This document shows positions 33,844 through 42,438 of a stretch of 64,000 bases of DNA, piece after piece. Origin of the DNA: Alphaproteobacteria bacterium MarineAlpha5_Bin9. Lineage in GTDB: Bacteria > Pseudomonadota > Alphaproteobacteria > HIMB59 > GCA-002718135. The stretch spans positions 4,057 to 68,056 of the forward strand of contig PTKV01000001.1 in assembly GCA_002937895.1 (NCBI GenBank), written 5' to 3'. The position numbers were made by a program, and so were the translations under genes. Every line of letters begins with the position of its first letter. Positions within the stretch are counted from its first letter, which is position 1. Below the pieces are notes generated by a model that ran no database searches, was not told the DNA's origin, and saw only the letters and a list, made by a program, of their open reading frames with translations.

Positions 33844-34214
33844 AGCAAAAAGATAAAAACTAAAAAAGTTAAAATTAAAGAAATCAAAATAATTATATAG
33901 CTAGATATCTTTATAGAAATTAAACTTAAGCCTAAACCAAATGCCCAAAATATCTTACGAAATTCATCAATAAAATGAAAAATAAAACAAAATACTATAA
34001 CTATAAAAATTATTTTTCCAAAAATGTTATAAAAAATTAATTTAAAAAATTCATAATAGTTTGGACCTAAAACAAAAGAAGTCATCCACAAAGCAATAAA
34101 CAAAAGACCTATAGAAAAGCCTATACCAGTGGCTCTATGGCTAATTGACATTATTTGAGTCAAAATCCATTTATGGATAGTAATGTGTGGAGATAAAGGT
34201 CTTATATTGTTCAT
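33840..34214 (-). CDS. sdhC: succinate dehydrogenase cytochrome b556 subunit
   Basis: 124 aa. N-terminal RPLSPHITIHKW...SISHRATG is the conserved SdhC motif. First gene of sdhCDAB. Confidence 0.88.
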   Translation of the reverse strand: MNNIRPLSPHITIHKWILTQIMSISHRATGIGFSIGLLFIALWMTSFVLGPNYYEFFKLIFYNIFGKIIFIVIVFCFIFHFIDEFRKIFWAFGLGLSLISIKISSYIIILISLILTFLVFIFLL

Positions 34215-34426
34215 AAAAAATTATATTTTTTTTGTTTACATTTATTAATTAGTGATTTTACAGGGAATTTCAAAATTTTTCATGTCTTTTGATTGTTGTA
34301 TTTTTGACTATAAACTGTGGATAAATATGTGAATATTTTTTGAAAACTGAATAAATGTTAAAATTAAACCATAGTTTATAACTTGATACTACATAATTTA
34401 AGTTATTTTTTGAAATAATTAAACAA

Positions 34427-34455
34427 TTGAAATATTTATTATTTAGCATTAATTT
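34427..34455 (+). promoter_or_regulatory. sigma-70-like promoter candidate for the 34462-34614 element
   Basis: TTGAAA (34427-32), a 17-nt spacer, then TAATTT (34450-55). The predicted start at ~34462 coincides with the first nucleotide of the long closing helix. AT-rich background makes chance matches common. Confidence 0.3.
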
Positions 34456-34461
34456 AGCTAT

Positions 34462-34614
34462 TTGCTGAGTAGTTAAGCTCTTATTTTTATTCATTCTGGG
34501 AGGAACGCATAAAAATATTTTAATCACTTCCGCCGAGTGATTTAGGGTTTTCAAGGCTAGAGAAGTGTCTGCCAAGGTACAGGTTCTAGTTTATCTACTC
34601 AGCAATTTTATTTT
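34462..34614 (+). ncRNA. candidate structured RNA of unknown class (strand tentative)
   Basis: G+C-enriched island in a 393-bp spacer. 34462-34479 pairs with 34588-34605 (17 bp, one U-U mismatch). Internal helices are GGAAC 34502-06/GTTCT 34583-87, the hairpin 34522-28/34536-42 (AATCACT/AGTGATT) at the exact midpoint, and the hairpin 34555-61/34568-73. TTTTATTTT (34606-14) follows the 3' strand of the closing helix. Confidence 0.35.
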
Positions 34615-35591
34615 AAGTTCTTTTTAAAAAAATCTTTCATTTTCTTTCCATATAACTCAGGATTTTTTATCAACCCATCAATGTGTCCAGAATTTTTAAT
34701 TAACCAAAATTCAGCACTAATATTTTTACTTTCTGCATATTTTTTAAAATAATAAAAATGGTTTACATATACTCTTTCATCATCATCTCCATGAGTAAAA
34801 AAATAATTAGAATTTGCATTGAGATAATATACGGGATTTAAATTATTTGGATCTACACCTGAAAGTAATGAACCTACAATTTTTACTCCAAAACCAAAAA
34901 TATTAGGAAAACCATATCGTCCAATTTCTTCAGTTAAAATCATATTAAATTTAGCTAAAGAACTTTCTGACCAAATAGCTTTAATAGAATCTTCGTATTT
35001 TGATGCAATAATTACTGTGCTTGCACCAAGAGATAATCCTATTAAACCTATTTGATTTTGACTATATCCATTTTCTCTTAAATAATCATAGGCACCTAAA
35101 ACATCTCTGTATGAGGTCAATCCAAGATTCTCGTAATTACTAACTATATCACTTTCACCATAATTTCTTAAATCAATTGTTAAAACATTAATACTATTTT
35201 TAATTAACAAACTTGCTATCAAGTTTGATTCAAATTTACATTTTCCATTAGGAAAAATACCATGAACGACAATAACTACTGGCTGGTTAATATGATAATT
35301 AAATAGCCATCCACTTATATTAATATCCTCTCCTCGTGATTTAAAATTAACACTCTCCCATTTATCTAAATAATATTTAGATTCTTCAAAATTATTCCTA
35401 AGATTAATTCTTGATTCACTTTTCATATTGTGATCTGCTAAAACTTTCCAAGTGTTAGGTGAAAATCCAGAAGAATCACCACAAGTATGATTCATTTTTA
35501 ATATTGTATTAGCTAGATAAAAACTCAATCCAAAATATAAAAATATTAGTGAGAATATTACAAAAAAAATAAGTTTATAAAATTTTTTCAT
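34608..35591 (-). CDS. membrane-anchored alpha/beta-fold hydrolase
   Basis: 327 aa. N-terminal TM helix, nucleophile elbow GLSLGAS, and candidate acid/His residues (HGDDDERV, SGHIDG). Substrate unknown. Confidence 0.7.
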   Translation of the reverse strand: MKKFYKLIFFVIFSLIFLYFGLSFYLANTILKMNHTCGDSSGFSPNTWKVLADHNMKSESRINLRNNFEESKYYLDKWESVNFKSRGEDINISGWLFNYHINQPVVIVVHGIFPNGKCKFESNLIASLLIKNSINVLTIDLRNYGESDIVSNYENLGLTSYRDVLGAYDYLRENGYSQNQIGLIGLSLGASTVIIASKYEDSIKAIWSESSLAKFNMILTEEIGRYGFPNIFGFGVKIVGSLLSGVDPNNLNPVYYLNANSNYFFTHGDDDERVYVNHFYYFKKYAESKNISAEFWLIKNSGHIDGLIKNPELYGKKMKDFFKKNLK

Positions 35592-36286
35592 AAAATTTTA
35601 TTTTTATCTAAAATTTTTTTAATATTGTTAAGTAATAAAAGCATTTTTTTTTGATCTATTCTTTTAGTATTCACATTTCTTGGACTAGGATGATAGCTTC
35701 CTATTAGTAATTTACCATCTGGCATTAAAAATTTTCCACCATGAGAGAAAAAATAATCTTTATTCTTTATATCATATCTTTCTTTATAAAAATTAACACA
35801 TGCATCAAAAGCAATTTTACCTAAAGCTAAAATAACTATTGATTTTTTTAAAAGATCAAACTCTGATTTTAAATAAGTAAAACAAGTTTTTAATTCATAA
35901 CTTGTTGGTTTATCCCCTGGTGGTACACATTTTAGAGCTAGAGTTAAATATGTATTATATAAATTTAATCCATCATTACCATGATCGGAGTTATTTTGAT
36001 TTGAAAATCTTGCTTTATAAAGACACTTAAAAAGAAAATTTGCAGATTTATCACCTGTAAATACTCTTCCGGTCCTATTGGCACCATGAGCTGCAGGAGC
36101 TAAACCAATGATTAGTAATTTAGCATCTAAATCACCATATCCATGAACTGGCTTTCCCCAGTAAGTTTCATCTAAATATTGTTTTCTTTTTTCTAAAGCA
36201 ATTTTAGTTCTAAATTTAACTAATCTTTTGCATTTATTACACTTTATTATACTTTTGTTTAATTGATTAAAATTTTTAAATATCAT
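35588..36286 (-). CDS. uracil-DNA glycosylase superfamily protein (family 4/5-type, Fe-S)
   Basis: 232 aa. CNKCKRL N-terminal Cys pair with further Cys at LKCVPP and TCFTYL. GLAPAAHGANRTGRVFTGD motif (family-5-like GLAPA rather than GEAPG). C-terminal GSYHPSPRN. Confidence 0.75.
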   Translation of the reverse strand: MIFKNFNQLNKSIIKCNKCKRLVKFRTKIALEKRKQYLDETYWGKPVHGYGDLDAKLLIIGLAPAAHGANRTGRVFTGDKSANFLFKCLYKARFSNQNNSDHGNDGLNLYNTYLTLALKCVPPGDKPTSYELKTCFTYLKSEFDLLKKSIVILALGKIAFDACVNFYKERYDIKNKDYFFSHGGKFLMPDGKLLIGSYHPSPRNVNTKRIDQKKMLLLLNNIKKILDKNKIL

Positions 36287-36354
36287 ATAATTTATAATAT
36301 CAGATATAATTAAATTATAAGAAACTATTTTTTCTTTTAACTAAATTCTTTTTT

Positions 36355-37137
36355 TTAATATATTTTACTTGATCTTCCTAAAAAGTAATATGATATCAAG
36401 CCAACCCATTCATGGGATGAAGATTCTAATGATTGAATATTTCCAAAAAAATTGAATGATGGCCTCCATGAAAATTTTTTATTTCTTCTATAATCTACTG
36501 GATAAGGAATTAATTTCCAATTAAGTTTTTCAGATATATTTATAACTCTATTCATATGAAAAGCCGATGTAACTACAATCCATTTTTCATGATTTAAAGG
36601 TTGAATTATTTCTTTAGAAAATAATATATTTTCATATGTGTTTCTTGACTTATCTTCAAAAATAATTCTATTAATATTAATATTTTGTTGAATAAAAAAA
36701 TCTTTAGCAACTTTAGCGTGGGTTAAACTTTTATACTTTAGAGAGCCTGAACCACCAGTAAAAACTATTTTCGCATCATTATATTTTTTCATTAATTCTA
36801 TAGATTCTATTAAGCGCTCAACTGCTCCATTTAATATAATTGTATTATGCTCATTTGATAATATTGGACTTGTTGCTCCTGAAATTATTATTATTCCATC
36901 AATTTTATCTGGTAGAAAGGGAGGGGTGTGATATTTTTTTTCTAATAAATAAGATAAATATTTTCCTGTTGGTAACACCGCTATAAGAATAAAAATTGCT
37001 AAAGTCACACCAAAAAAAAATTTGTAAGTTATTTTATTTTTTAAAAAGCTTAAAAAAAATGTTAGGACAATAAAAAACAATAAAATATTAAATGGGTTAA
37101 TTATTCCCCATAAAACTTTTGATAAATAGAAAGTCAT
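36355..37137 (-). CDS. YdcF/ElyC (DUF218) family protein
   Basis: 260 aa. Two N-terminal TM helices, then a DUF218-type core (IIIISGATS...FTGGSGS...NTYENI...VVTSAFHMNR). Confidence 0.7.
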   Translation of the reverse strand: MTFYLSKVLWGIINPFNILLFFIVLTFFLSFLKNKITYKFFFGVTLAIFILIAVLPTGKYLSYLLEKKYHTPPFLPDKIDGIIIISGATSPILSNEHNTIILNGAVERLIESIELMKKYNDAKIVFTGGSGSLKYKSLTHAKVAKDFFIQQNININRIIFEDKSRNTYENILFSKEIIQPLNHEKWIVVTSAFHMNRVINISEKLNWKLIPYPVDYRRNKKFSWRPSFNFFGNIQSLESSSHEWVGLISYYFLGRSSKIY

Positions 37138-37140
37138 TAT

Positions 37141-37461
37141 TTATTTAGACATATTAGTAGCGCCAGTTTCTAATGAAATTATTTTTCCATCTTGATACTT
37201 ACATATAGCCATAACAGCTTGTTTATTTCCATCTTTAAAATTAACTATAGAATGCTCAACTCCAATTTCATCATTTTCATAAATTATTCGAACTTTTTCT
37301 CTATTAATATCATCGGTCATTGCCCAATTTATTAATTCACTTTTTAATATTACTTTACCTGAAGAATGTAGGGTAAATTTAAAATCATCATGTAAAATAC
37401 CGTTTAGTGCATTTTCATCTTTTTCTTCTACTGCCTTATTATATCTTACTAAAATTGACAT
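37141..37461 (-). CDS. small NTF2/SnoaL-like fold protein (hypothetical)
   Basis: 106 aa. The N-terminus ...YNKAVEEKDENALNGILHDDFKF resembles SnoaL/DUF4440-type openings. No catalytic motif recognised. Confidence 0.4.
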   Translation of the reverse strand: MSILVRYNKAVEEKDENALNGILHDDFKFTLHSSGKVILKSELINWAMTDDINREKVRIIYENDEIGVEHSIVNFKDGNKQAVMAICKYQDGKIISLETGATNMSK

Positions 37462-37532
37462 ATATTTCCTTTCTACTATTTAGATATTTTAATAAAAGTT
37501 ATAATATTAATATTCCAACTATTAAACAATTA

Positions 37533-37880
37533 TTAAAAATTTATATTTATTTTTTTAATTAAATATAAAAAGATTATATAAGAAATCGATGTACAAATTA
37601 ATGATATAATTATTGATAAAACAAAATTTTGTTTTAATTTTAATAATATCGGTAAAATAATAAAAAATACAAATGATGGAATTGTCATTACAATTGTACT
37701 GTAAGATAGATCGATTACTTTGTCATAACTTTTAGTATCAACATATAACCATATAAAAGCTAATAAAGATGTTAATGGAATAGATATTATTAATGCAGCC
37801 GCCCATGAAGATCTTTTCGCGACTTCAGAAACAATGACTATTATTAGCGCACTTATTAAGGTTTTAATAATATAGTACAT
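37533..37880 (-). CDS. small 4-TM membrane protein (DUF3147-like)
   Basis: 115 aa, four hydrophobic helices. Family assignment from memory only. Confidence 0.4.
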   Translation of the reverse strand: MYYIIKTLISALIIVIVSEVAKRSSWAAALIISIPLTSLLAFIWLYVDTKSYDKVIDLSYSTIVMTIPSFVFFIILPILLKLKQNFVLSIIISLICTSISYIIFLYLIKKININF

Positions 37881-37947
37881 ATTAAAATAATATTATAAAT
37901 ATAATAAATACTTAAGAGTTTTTTTAAAAAATTTATTTTATTCAAAT

Positions 37948-38520
37948 TTATTTAATGTTTCCTGCTGTTTTCTTTACATCTTCTAAATAATTTTTTCTTT
38001 GATTTTCAGTTACAAAAGGCACTGCAAAATATCTTCTGTATTTTATTTTTCTTATACCACAAATATGAAAAACTCCTCTTTTTAATCTTCTTATAGGTAA
38101 ATTTAAAAAAAATGTTGTTATGGCTAATCTTGGCGAACCATAAGTACAAAAAATTATAGCTTTTTTATCTTTTAATTTTCCTAAAGGATAACCATAATTA
38201 CCAACAAGTTTTTTAAAAGAAAATGCCCAGGGAGGTGCTAAAACTTTATCAATCCAACCCTCAACTATCGCGGGCATTCTAAAGTTCCAAATAGGTGCTA
38301 TAAGAGCAATAATATCGCATTTTTCAATTCTAGCTCTATGATTTAAAACATCCTGGGTCGGTTCTTCACCAGCATAAACCGGATCAAACTTTTCCTTATA
38401 TAAATCAACACAATCAACTTCATGTCCATTTTTCATCGCAGTTTCAATAAAAGTATTTTTTATTGCAAAGTTGAAAGAGGCATCATCATAATGACCATAT
38501 ACTAAAAAAACTTTTTTCAT
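37948..38520 (-). CDS. flavodoxin-like fold NAD(P)H dehydrogenase (quinone) family protein
   Basis: 190 aa. MKKVFLVYGHYDDASFN... and PIWNFRMPAIVEGWIDKV are typical of the Flavodoxin_2 / NQO-type oxidoreductases. Confidence 0.7.
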   Translation of the reverse strand: MKKVFLVYGHYDDASFNFAIKNTFIETAMKNGHEVDCVDLYKEKFDPVYAGEEPTQDVLNHRARIEKCDIIALIAPIWNFRMPAIVEGWIDKVLAPPWAFSFKKLVGNYGYPLGKLKDKKAIIFCTYGSPRLAITTFFLNLPIRRLKRGVFHICGIRKIKYRRYFAVPFVTENQRKNYLEDVKKTAGNIK

Positions 38521-38727
38521 TAATAAATTTTATCATTTTATCATTTTTTTATCATCAAAAACATTTATTTTACTTTAAGTATTATTCTATTAGTACATAA
38601 TCTATCCTGTTTTTACCCAAGCTACTAAAAGAAATTTTTTTAATTTTATTTAACCATTAAATAATTATTCTGTCTTTACTTTGTTATGTAAGTTGAATTC
38701 TTTGATTGAATTATATTTTTGTCAAAA

Positions 38728-39678
38728 CTACCTTTTTGGTTTATCTATACTAACTTTGATATTTTTTCTTATTTCTCTAAGATAAGTATATAACCCCGCA
38801 AACACAATAAATAATAAACCAATATACCCCCTTAGATTTAGAGTTTCTCCCCAAATAACCCAACTGAATATGAGCGCCCAAACAATTATAATATATTCTA
38901 AAGGAGCAACACTAGGAGGTGAGCCAATTCTATATGCTTGGAAAATACATAGAAAACCCAATACAGAAATTAAACCTAAAATTATAAGTATAGCAAAGGT
39001 AGAATAACTATTTATTGACCATGGAATAAATAAAAATATCAAATCTTTTTCAAGAGGATTGTAATATTTACCATCACCTAGAATAAAAAAGATAATCAAG
39101 GAAAAAATTATTGCTGCTAAATAAAGATGAAAAGTTTGAGAATATAAATTATCTTTATCAGATGTTATTTTTTGAATTATCATTGTAAGAGAATAACCAA
39201 AAGCACAAATAACTGGGAAAGTTGAATAAATATCAAAGTTGTTAAAATCAGGCTCCATCACAAGATACACACCAATAAAACCTATTAAAAGAGCACACCA
39301 CCTTCTTATTCCAATTACTTCATTAAGAATAATAATTGAAATAATTGTTACAAAAAAAGGGCTAACAAAAAAAAGAGTGGTAACTTTTGCTAAAGAAAGT
39401 TTAGATAAAGAATAATAATACAAAGAAAAAGATAAAAAAAATAATATACATCTTAAGATTGTCAATTTTGGATAATAAGTTTTTAAAATAATAGATTCTT
39501 TTTTTAAATATAAAAAAATTGCTAGGAGTAAAAACGCTATGATTGATCTTGTAAAATAAATTAAAAAAATATTCGTTTCTTGAGATATAAATTTGATTAA
39601 AGCATCTTGGAATGCTAATACAGTAATCCCAACTATGATAAGTATTATAGCCCTTGGGTTATTATCTGTATTAGTCAT
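38728..39678 (-). CDS. EamA/DMT-superfamily transporter
   Basis: 316 aa, ten predicted TM helices in two EamA-like halves. Confidence 0.75.
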   Translation of the reverse strand: MTNTDNNPRAIILIIVGITVLAFQDALIKFISQETNIFLIYFTRSIIAFLLLAIFLYLKKESIILKTYYPKLTILRCILFFLSFSLYYYSLSKLSLAKVTTLFFVSPFFVTIISIIILNEVIGIRRWCALLIGFIGVYLVMEPDFNNFDIYSTFPVICAFGYSLTMIIQKITSDKDNLYSQTFHLYLAAIIFSLIIFFILGDGKYYNPLEKDLIFLFIPWSINSYSTFAILIILGLISVLGFLCIFQAYRIGSPPSVAPLEYIIIVWALIFSWVIWGETLNLRGYIGLLFIVFAGLYTYLREIRKNIKVSIDKPKR

Positions 39679-39752
39679 TATATAAAAATGAATCTATAGT
39701 AAAAAGTTAATTACAAAAATAAATATTTGTATTAATATAAATTTAAACTTGT

Positions 39753-40202
39753 ATGAGTAATTTAACTATAGAATTAATTTGGGAATTAGGTAACCATAAA
39801 CTAGCCTATGGCAAATATCTGACAGATCATAAAATTAAGATAAATGATAAAATTACTATAAATGGAGGATCTGCACCAGAGTATGGAGGGAATCAAAATA
39901 ATTTAAATCCAGAACAAGCGCTCGCTGCTGCTGTTAGTAGTTGTCAAATGATGACATTTCTAGCTCTAGCCGCAAAGTTAAAATGGCCAGTTTTAAATTA
40001 TTATGATAAAGCAATAGCTTTTCTCGGTAAAAATTCAAAAGAAAAAATGTACGTAAATAAAATTGAATTAAATCCTATAATTAAATTTGAAAAAAATTTT
40101 TCAGTTTCAGATTTAGAAATGGATCAAATGAAACAACGATCACATCGATATTGTTTTATTGCTAATTCTTTATCTGAAGAAGTAAAAATAATAATAAATT
40201 AA
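39753..40202 (+). CDS. OsmC/Ohr-family peroxiredoxin-like protein
   Basis: 149 aa. NPEQALAAAVSSCQMMTF and HRYCFIANS provide the two conserved Cys contexts of the OsmC fold. Confidence 0.7.
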   Translation: MSNLTIELIWELGNHKLAYGKYLTDHKIKINDKITINGGSAPEYGGNQNNLNPEQALAAAVSSCQMMTFLALAAKLKWPVLNYYDKAIAFLGKNSKEKMYVNKIELNPIIKFEKNFSVSDLEMDQMKQRSHRYCFIANSLSEEVKIIIN

Positions 40203-40203
40203 T

Positions 40204-40995
40204 ATGAGCACTGATTTAGTTAAATCTAAAATAAATAATAACATTTTATATCTAACACTAAACAATCCAAAACATCAGAATACTCTTAGTGAACAAATGA
40301 TTAATTCTCTTGATCAAAAATTAAAACTAGGATCTCAAAATGCAAAAGTTAAAGTAATTATTTTATCATCTATTGGTTCAGTTTTTTGTGCAGGACATAA
40401 TTTGAAAGATTTAAATTCTAAAAGATCAGAATCAGATAATGGAAAAAGTTATTACGATAAAATTTTTAAAAAATGCTCTATGCTAATGATTAACATTACA
40501 AAAAATCATAAACCTATCATTGCTGCTATAGATGGTGTTGCAACAGCTGCAGGTTGTCAATTAATTGCAAGCTGTGATCTTGCTTATTCGAGTGAAAAAG
40601 CTAGATTTGCTACCCCTGGAGTAAATATAGGACTATTTTGCTCTACACCAATGGTAGCACTTTCTAGAAATATTAATAAAAAGTCAGCTATGGAAATGTT
40701 ATTAACTGGAGATTTAATTGATTCAAATAAGGCTAAAGAAATAGGACTTATTAATGAAATATTTAATTCAGCTGTTCTTATGCGAAATGTTACTAAGGTT
40801 GCTAAAAAAATTGCAGGCAAATCTATGAAAACTCTACAGATTGGTAAAGAAACTTTTTATAAACAACGAGAAATGTCTCTAGAATCAGCTTATGAATATA
40901 CTTGTACTGTAATGACTAAAAATATGCTGAATAATGATTCAAAAGAAGGAATTTCAGCTTTTTTGAATAAAAGAAAACCTATCTGGAAAAATTAA
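40204..40995 (+). CDS. enoyl-CoA hydratase/isomerase (crotonase) family protein
   Basis: 263 aa. FCAGHNLKD, AAIDGVATAAGCQLIASCDL, PGVNIGLF, EGISAFLNKRKP. Confidence 0.88.
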   Translation: MSTDLVKSKINNNILYLTLNNPKHQNTLSEQMINSLDQKLKLGSQNAKVKVIILSSIGSVFCAGHNLKDLNSKRSESDNGKSYYDKIFKKCSMLMINITKNHKPIIAAIDGVATAAGCQLIASCDLAYSSEKARFATPGVNIGLFCSTPMVALSRNINKKSAMEMLLTGDLIDSNKAKEIGLINEIFNSAVLMRNVTKVAKKIAGKSMKTLQIGKETFYKQREMSLESAYEYTCTVMTKNMLNNDSKEGISAFLNKRKPIWKN

Positions 40996-41021
40996 GTATA
41001 AATTCTAAATTATCTTAAGTT

Positions 41022-42380
41022 ATGAATAAAAAAATTATTTTAACAATTATTGCAATTTTTTTAGTTATTGTATGTATATTTATTTATAATTCTATTGATA
41101 AATATTATGAAAGATTTGAAAGACTTGCTCAAGATAATAATTTTACACAACAACTAAAAAAACTAATTCCTAACAATATAAAAAGTTTTATAAAAGAAAT
41201 TATCTCTGAAAAAATAGTAAATTATGATGAATTTCAATTTAAAAACAATGAATTACAACTTAAAACTCTTGGTGAAGTAAAATTACAATTTAAAACATTT
41301 ACATCACCTTTTCTAAAATTAGCAGGGTTACGTTCTTATATTAGCTATTATAATCAAAATTTATTTTTGACTACGGGAACAGGAATTTTGATGTATACTT
41401 CATTTGATACCTTGAAAGAAAAAAATATTGTTTTTAAAAAAATAGACAATAACTTTGAAGATATAGCGGGCAAAGATTATGTAGAGTGGGCAAAAAGTTT
41501 AGTAAAAAATTTGTTTATCAAAAATAATAAAGTCTATTTATCTTATGTAAAAAAAATAAAAGAAAACTGTTTTACAAACGCTGTTTTAGTAGCAAATCTT
41601 AATTTAGAAAATATTGTGTTTAAAGAGTTTTTTGATACTAAAGAGTGTCAGCCTTTTTATGATGGCCAAACTGGTGGAAATTTGTCAGATTATAAAAATG
41701 ATAAAATTTTAATGTCAATAGGAGATCATCATTCTTATGAAGACCCGCGTCAGGCAAATAACAATCCCCAAAATTTAAATAGTCTAATTGGAAAAATTAT
41801 TTCAATTGATGAAAATACAGGAAAGTATGAAATATTATCTATGGGACATCGCAATTCTCAAGGATTATATTATGATGCAAAAGATAATATCATTTTTTCA
41901 ACAGATCATGGACCTCAAGGCGGAGATGAAATAAACATAAATACTTCTCCAGATGGTGAAATAAAAAATTATGGTTGGGGGTTTTCATCATACGGAGAAC
42001 ATTATGGATATCCTGAAAGAGATAATTCTAAATTATATAAAATAGCACCTTTAAAAAAATCACATTCAGAGTATGGATTTGTAGAACCCATTAAATATTT
42101 TACTCCTTCTATTGCTCCAACACAAATAATCAAAACAGAGAAATTTATCAAAATACCAGGAAAAACTATATTGTATATCGGTACTTTGGGATGGCATGTT
42201 GAAGAGGGAGATTTATCAGTTCATCAATTAATATTAAATGAAGCATTAAATGTTGAAGAACATAATATTATGCCAGTAAATGAAAGAGTAAGAGATATGA
42301 TTTACATAGAAGAATTAAATAAAATATTTTTATTTTTGGAGTCTTCTGGATCTATTGGTATATTAGAATTAAATAATTAA
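41022..42380 (+). CDS. membrane-anchored PQQ-dependent sugar dehydrogenase-like (sGDH/YliI-type beta-propeller) protein
   Basis: 452 aa. N-terminal TM anchor. The C-terminal half carries GKIISID..., SMGHRNSQGLYYD, DHGPQGGDEIN and NYGWG, which match the sGDH/sorbosone-dehydrogenase pattern (GHRNpQGl..., eHGp.ggDE.N..., NYGWP). The N-terminal ~200 aa is unassigned. Confidence 0.6.
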   Translation: MNKKIILTIIAIFLVIVCIFIYNSIDKYYERFERLAQDNNFTQQLKKLIPNNIKSFIKEIISEKIVNYDEFQFKNNELQLKTLGEVKLQFKTFTSPFLKLAGLRSYISYYNQNLFLTTGTGILMYTSFDTLKEKNIVFKKIDNNFEDIAGKDYVEWAKSLVKNLFIKNNKVYLSYVKKIKENCFTNAVLVANLNLENIVFKEFFDTKECQPFYDGQTGGNLSDYKNDKILMSIGDHHSYEDPRQANNNPQNLNSLIGKIISIDENTGKYEILSMGHRNSQGLYYDAKDNIIFSTDHGPQGGDEININTSPDGEIKNYGWGFSSYGEHYGYPERDNSKLYKIAPLKKSHSEYGFVEPIKYFTPSIAPTQIIKTEKFIKIPGKTILYIGTLGWHVEEGDLSVHQLILNEALNVEEHNIMPVNERVRDMIYIEELNKIFLFLESSGSIGILELNN

Positions 42381-42438
42381 TTTTTTCTAATTACTAATAT
42401 TGTTTTAATTTAATGACTATAAGATAAAATATTAATAG

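Noticed and set aside
34270-34575. 101-aa minus-strand ORF filling the sdhC-upstream spacer
   Set aside because: No recognisable domain. Its composition is what random translation of AT-rich DNA gives (N/K/I/L/F-rich). It has no SD or coupling context, and it runs across the G+C-rich paired segments. I regard it as a chance ORF, although translation cannot be excluded without data.
34495-34590. Partial resemblance of the structured island to glycine-riboswitch (CUGGGAGG…CGCCGA…UGCCAAGGUACAG) and SRP-RNA (GCCAAGG) conserved blocks
   Set aside because: The key invariant segments are missing: GCCGAAGG(A/G)GCAA for glycine, and the GGAA tetraloop with the AGCA/CAGG loops for SRP. The pairing partners do not line up either. 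The similarity looks coincidental, and only a covariance-model search can settle it.
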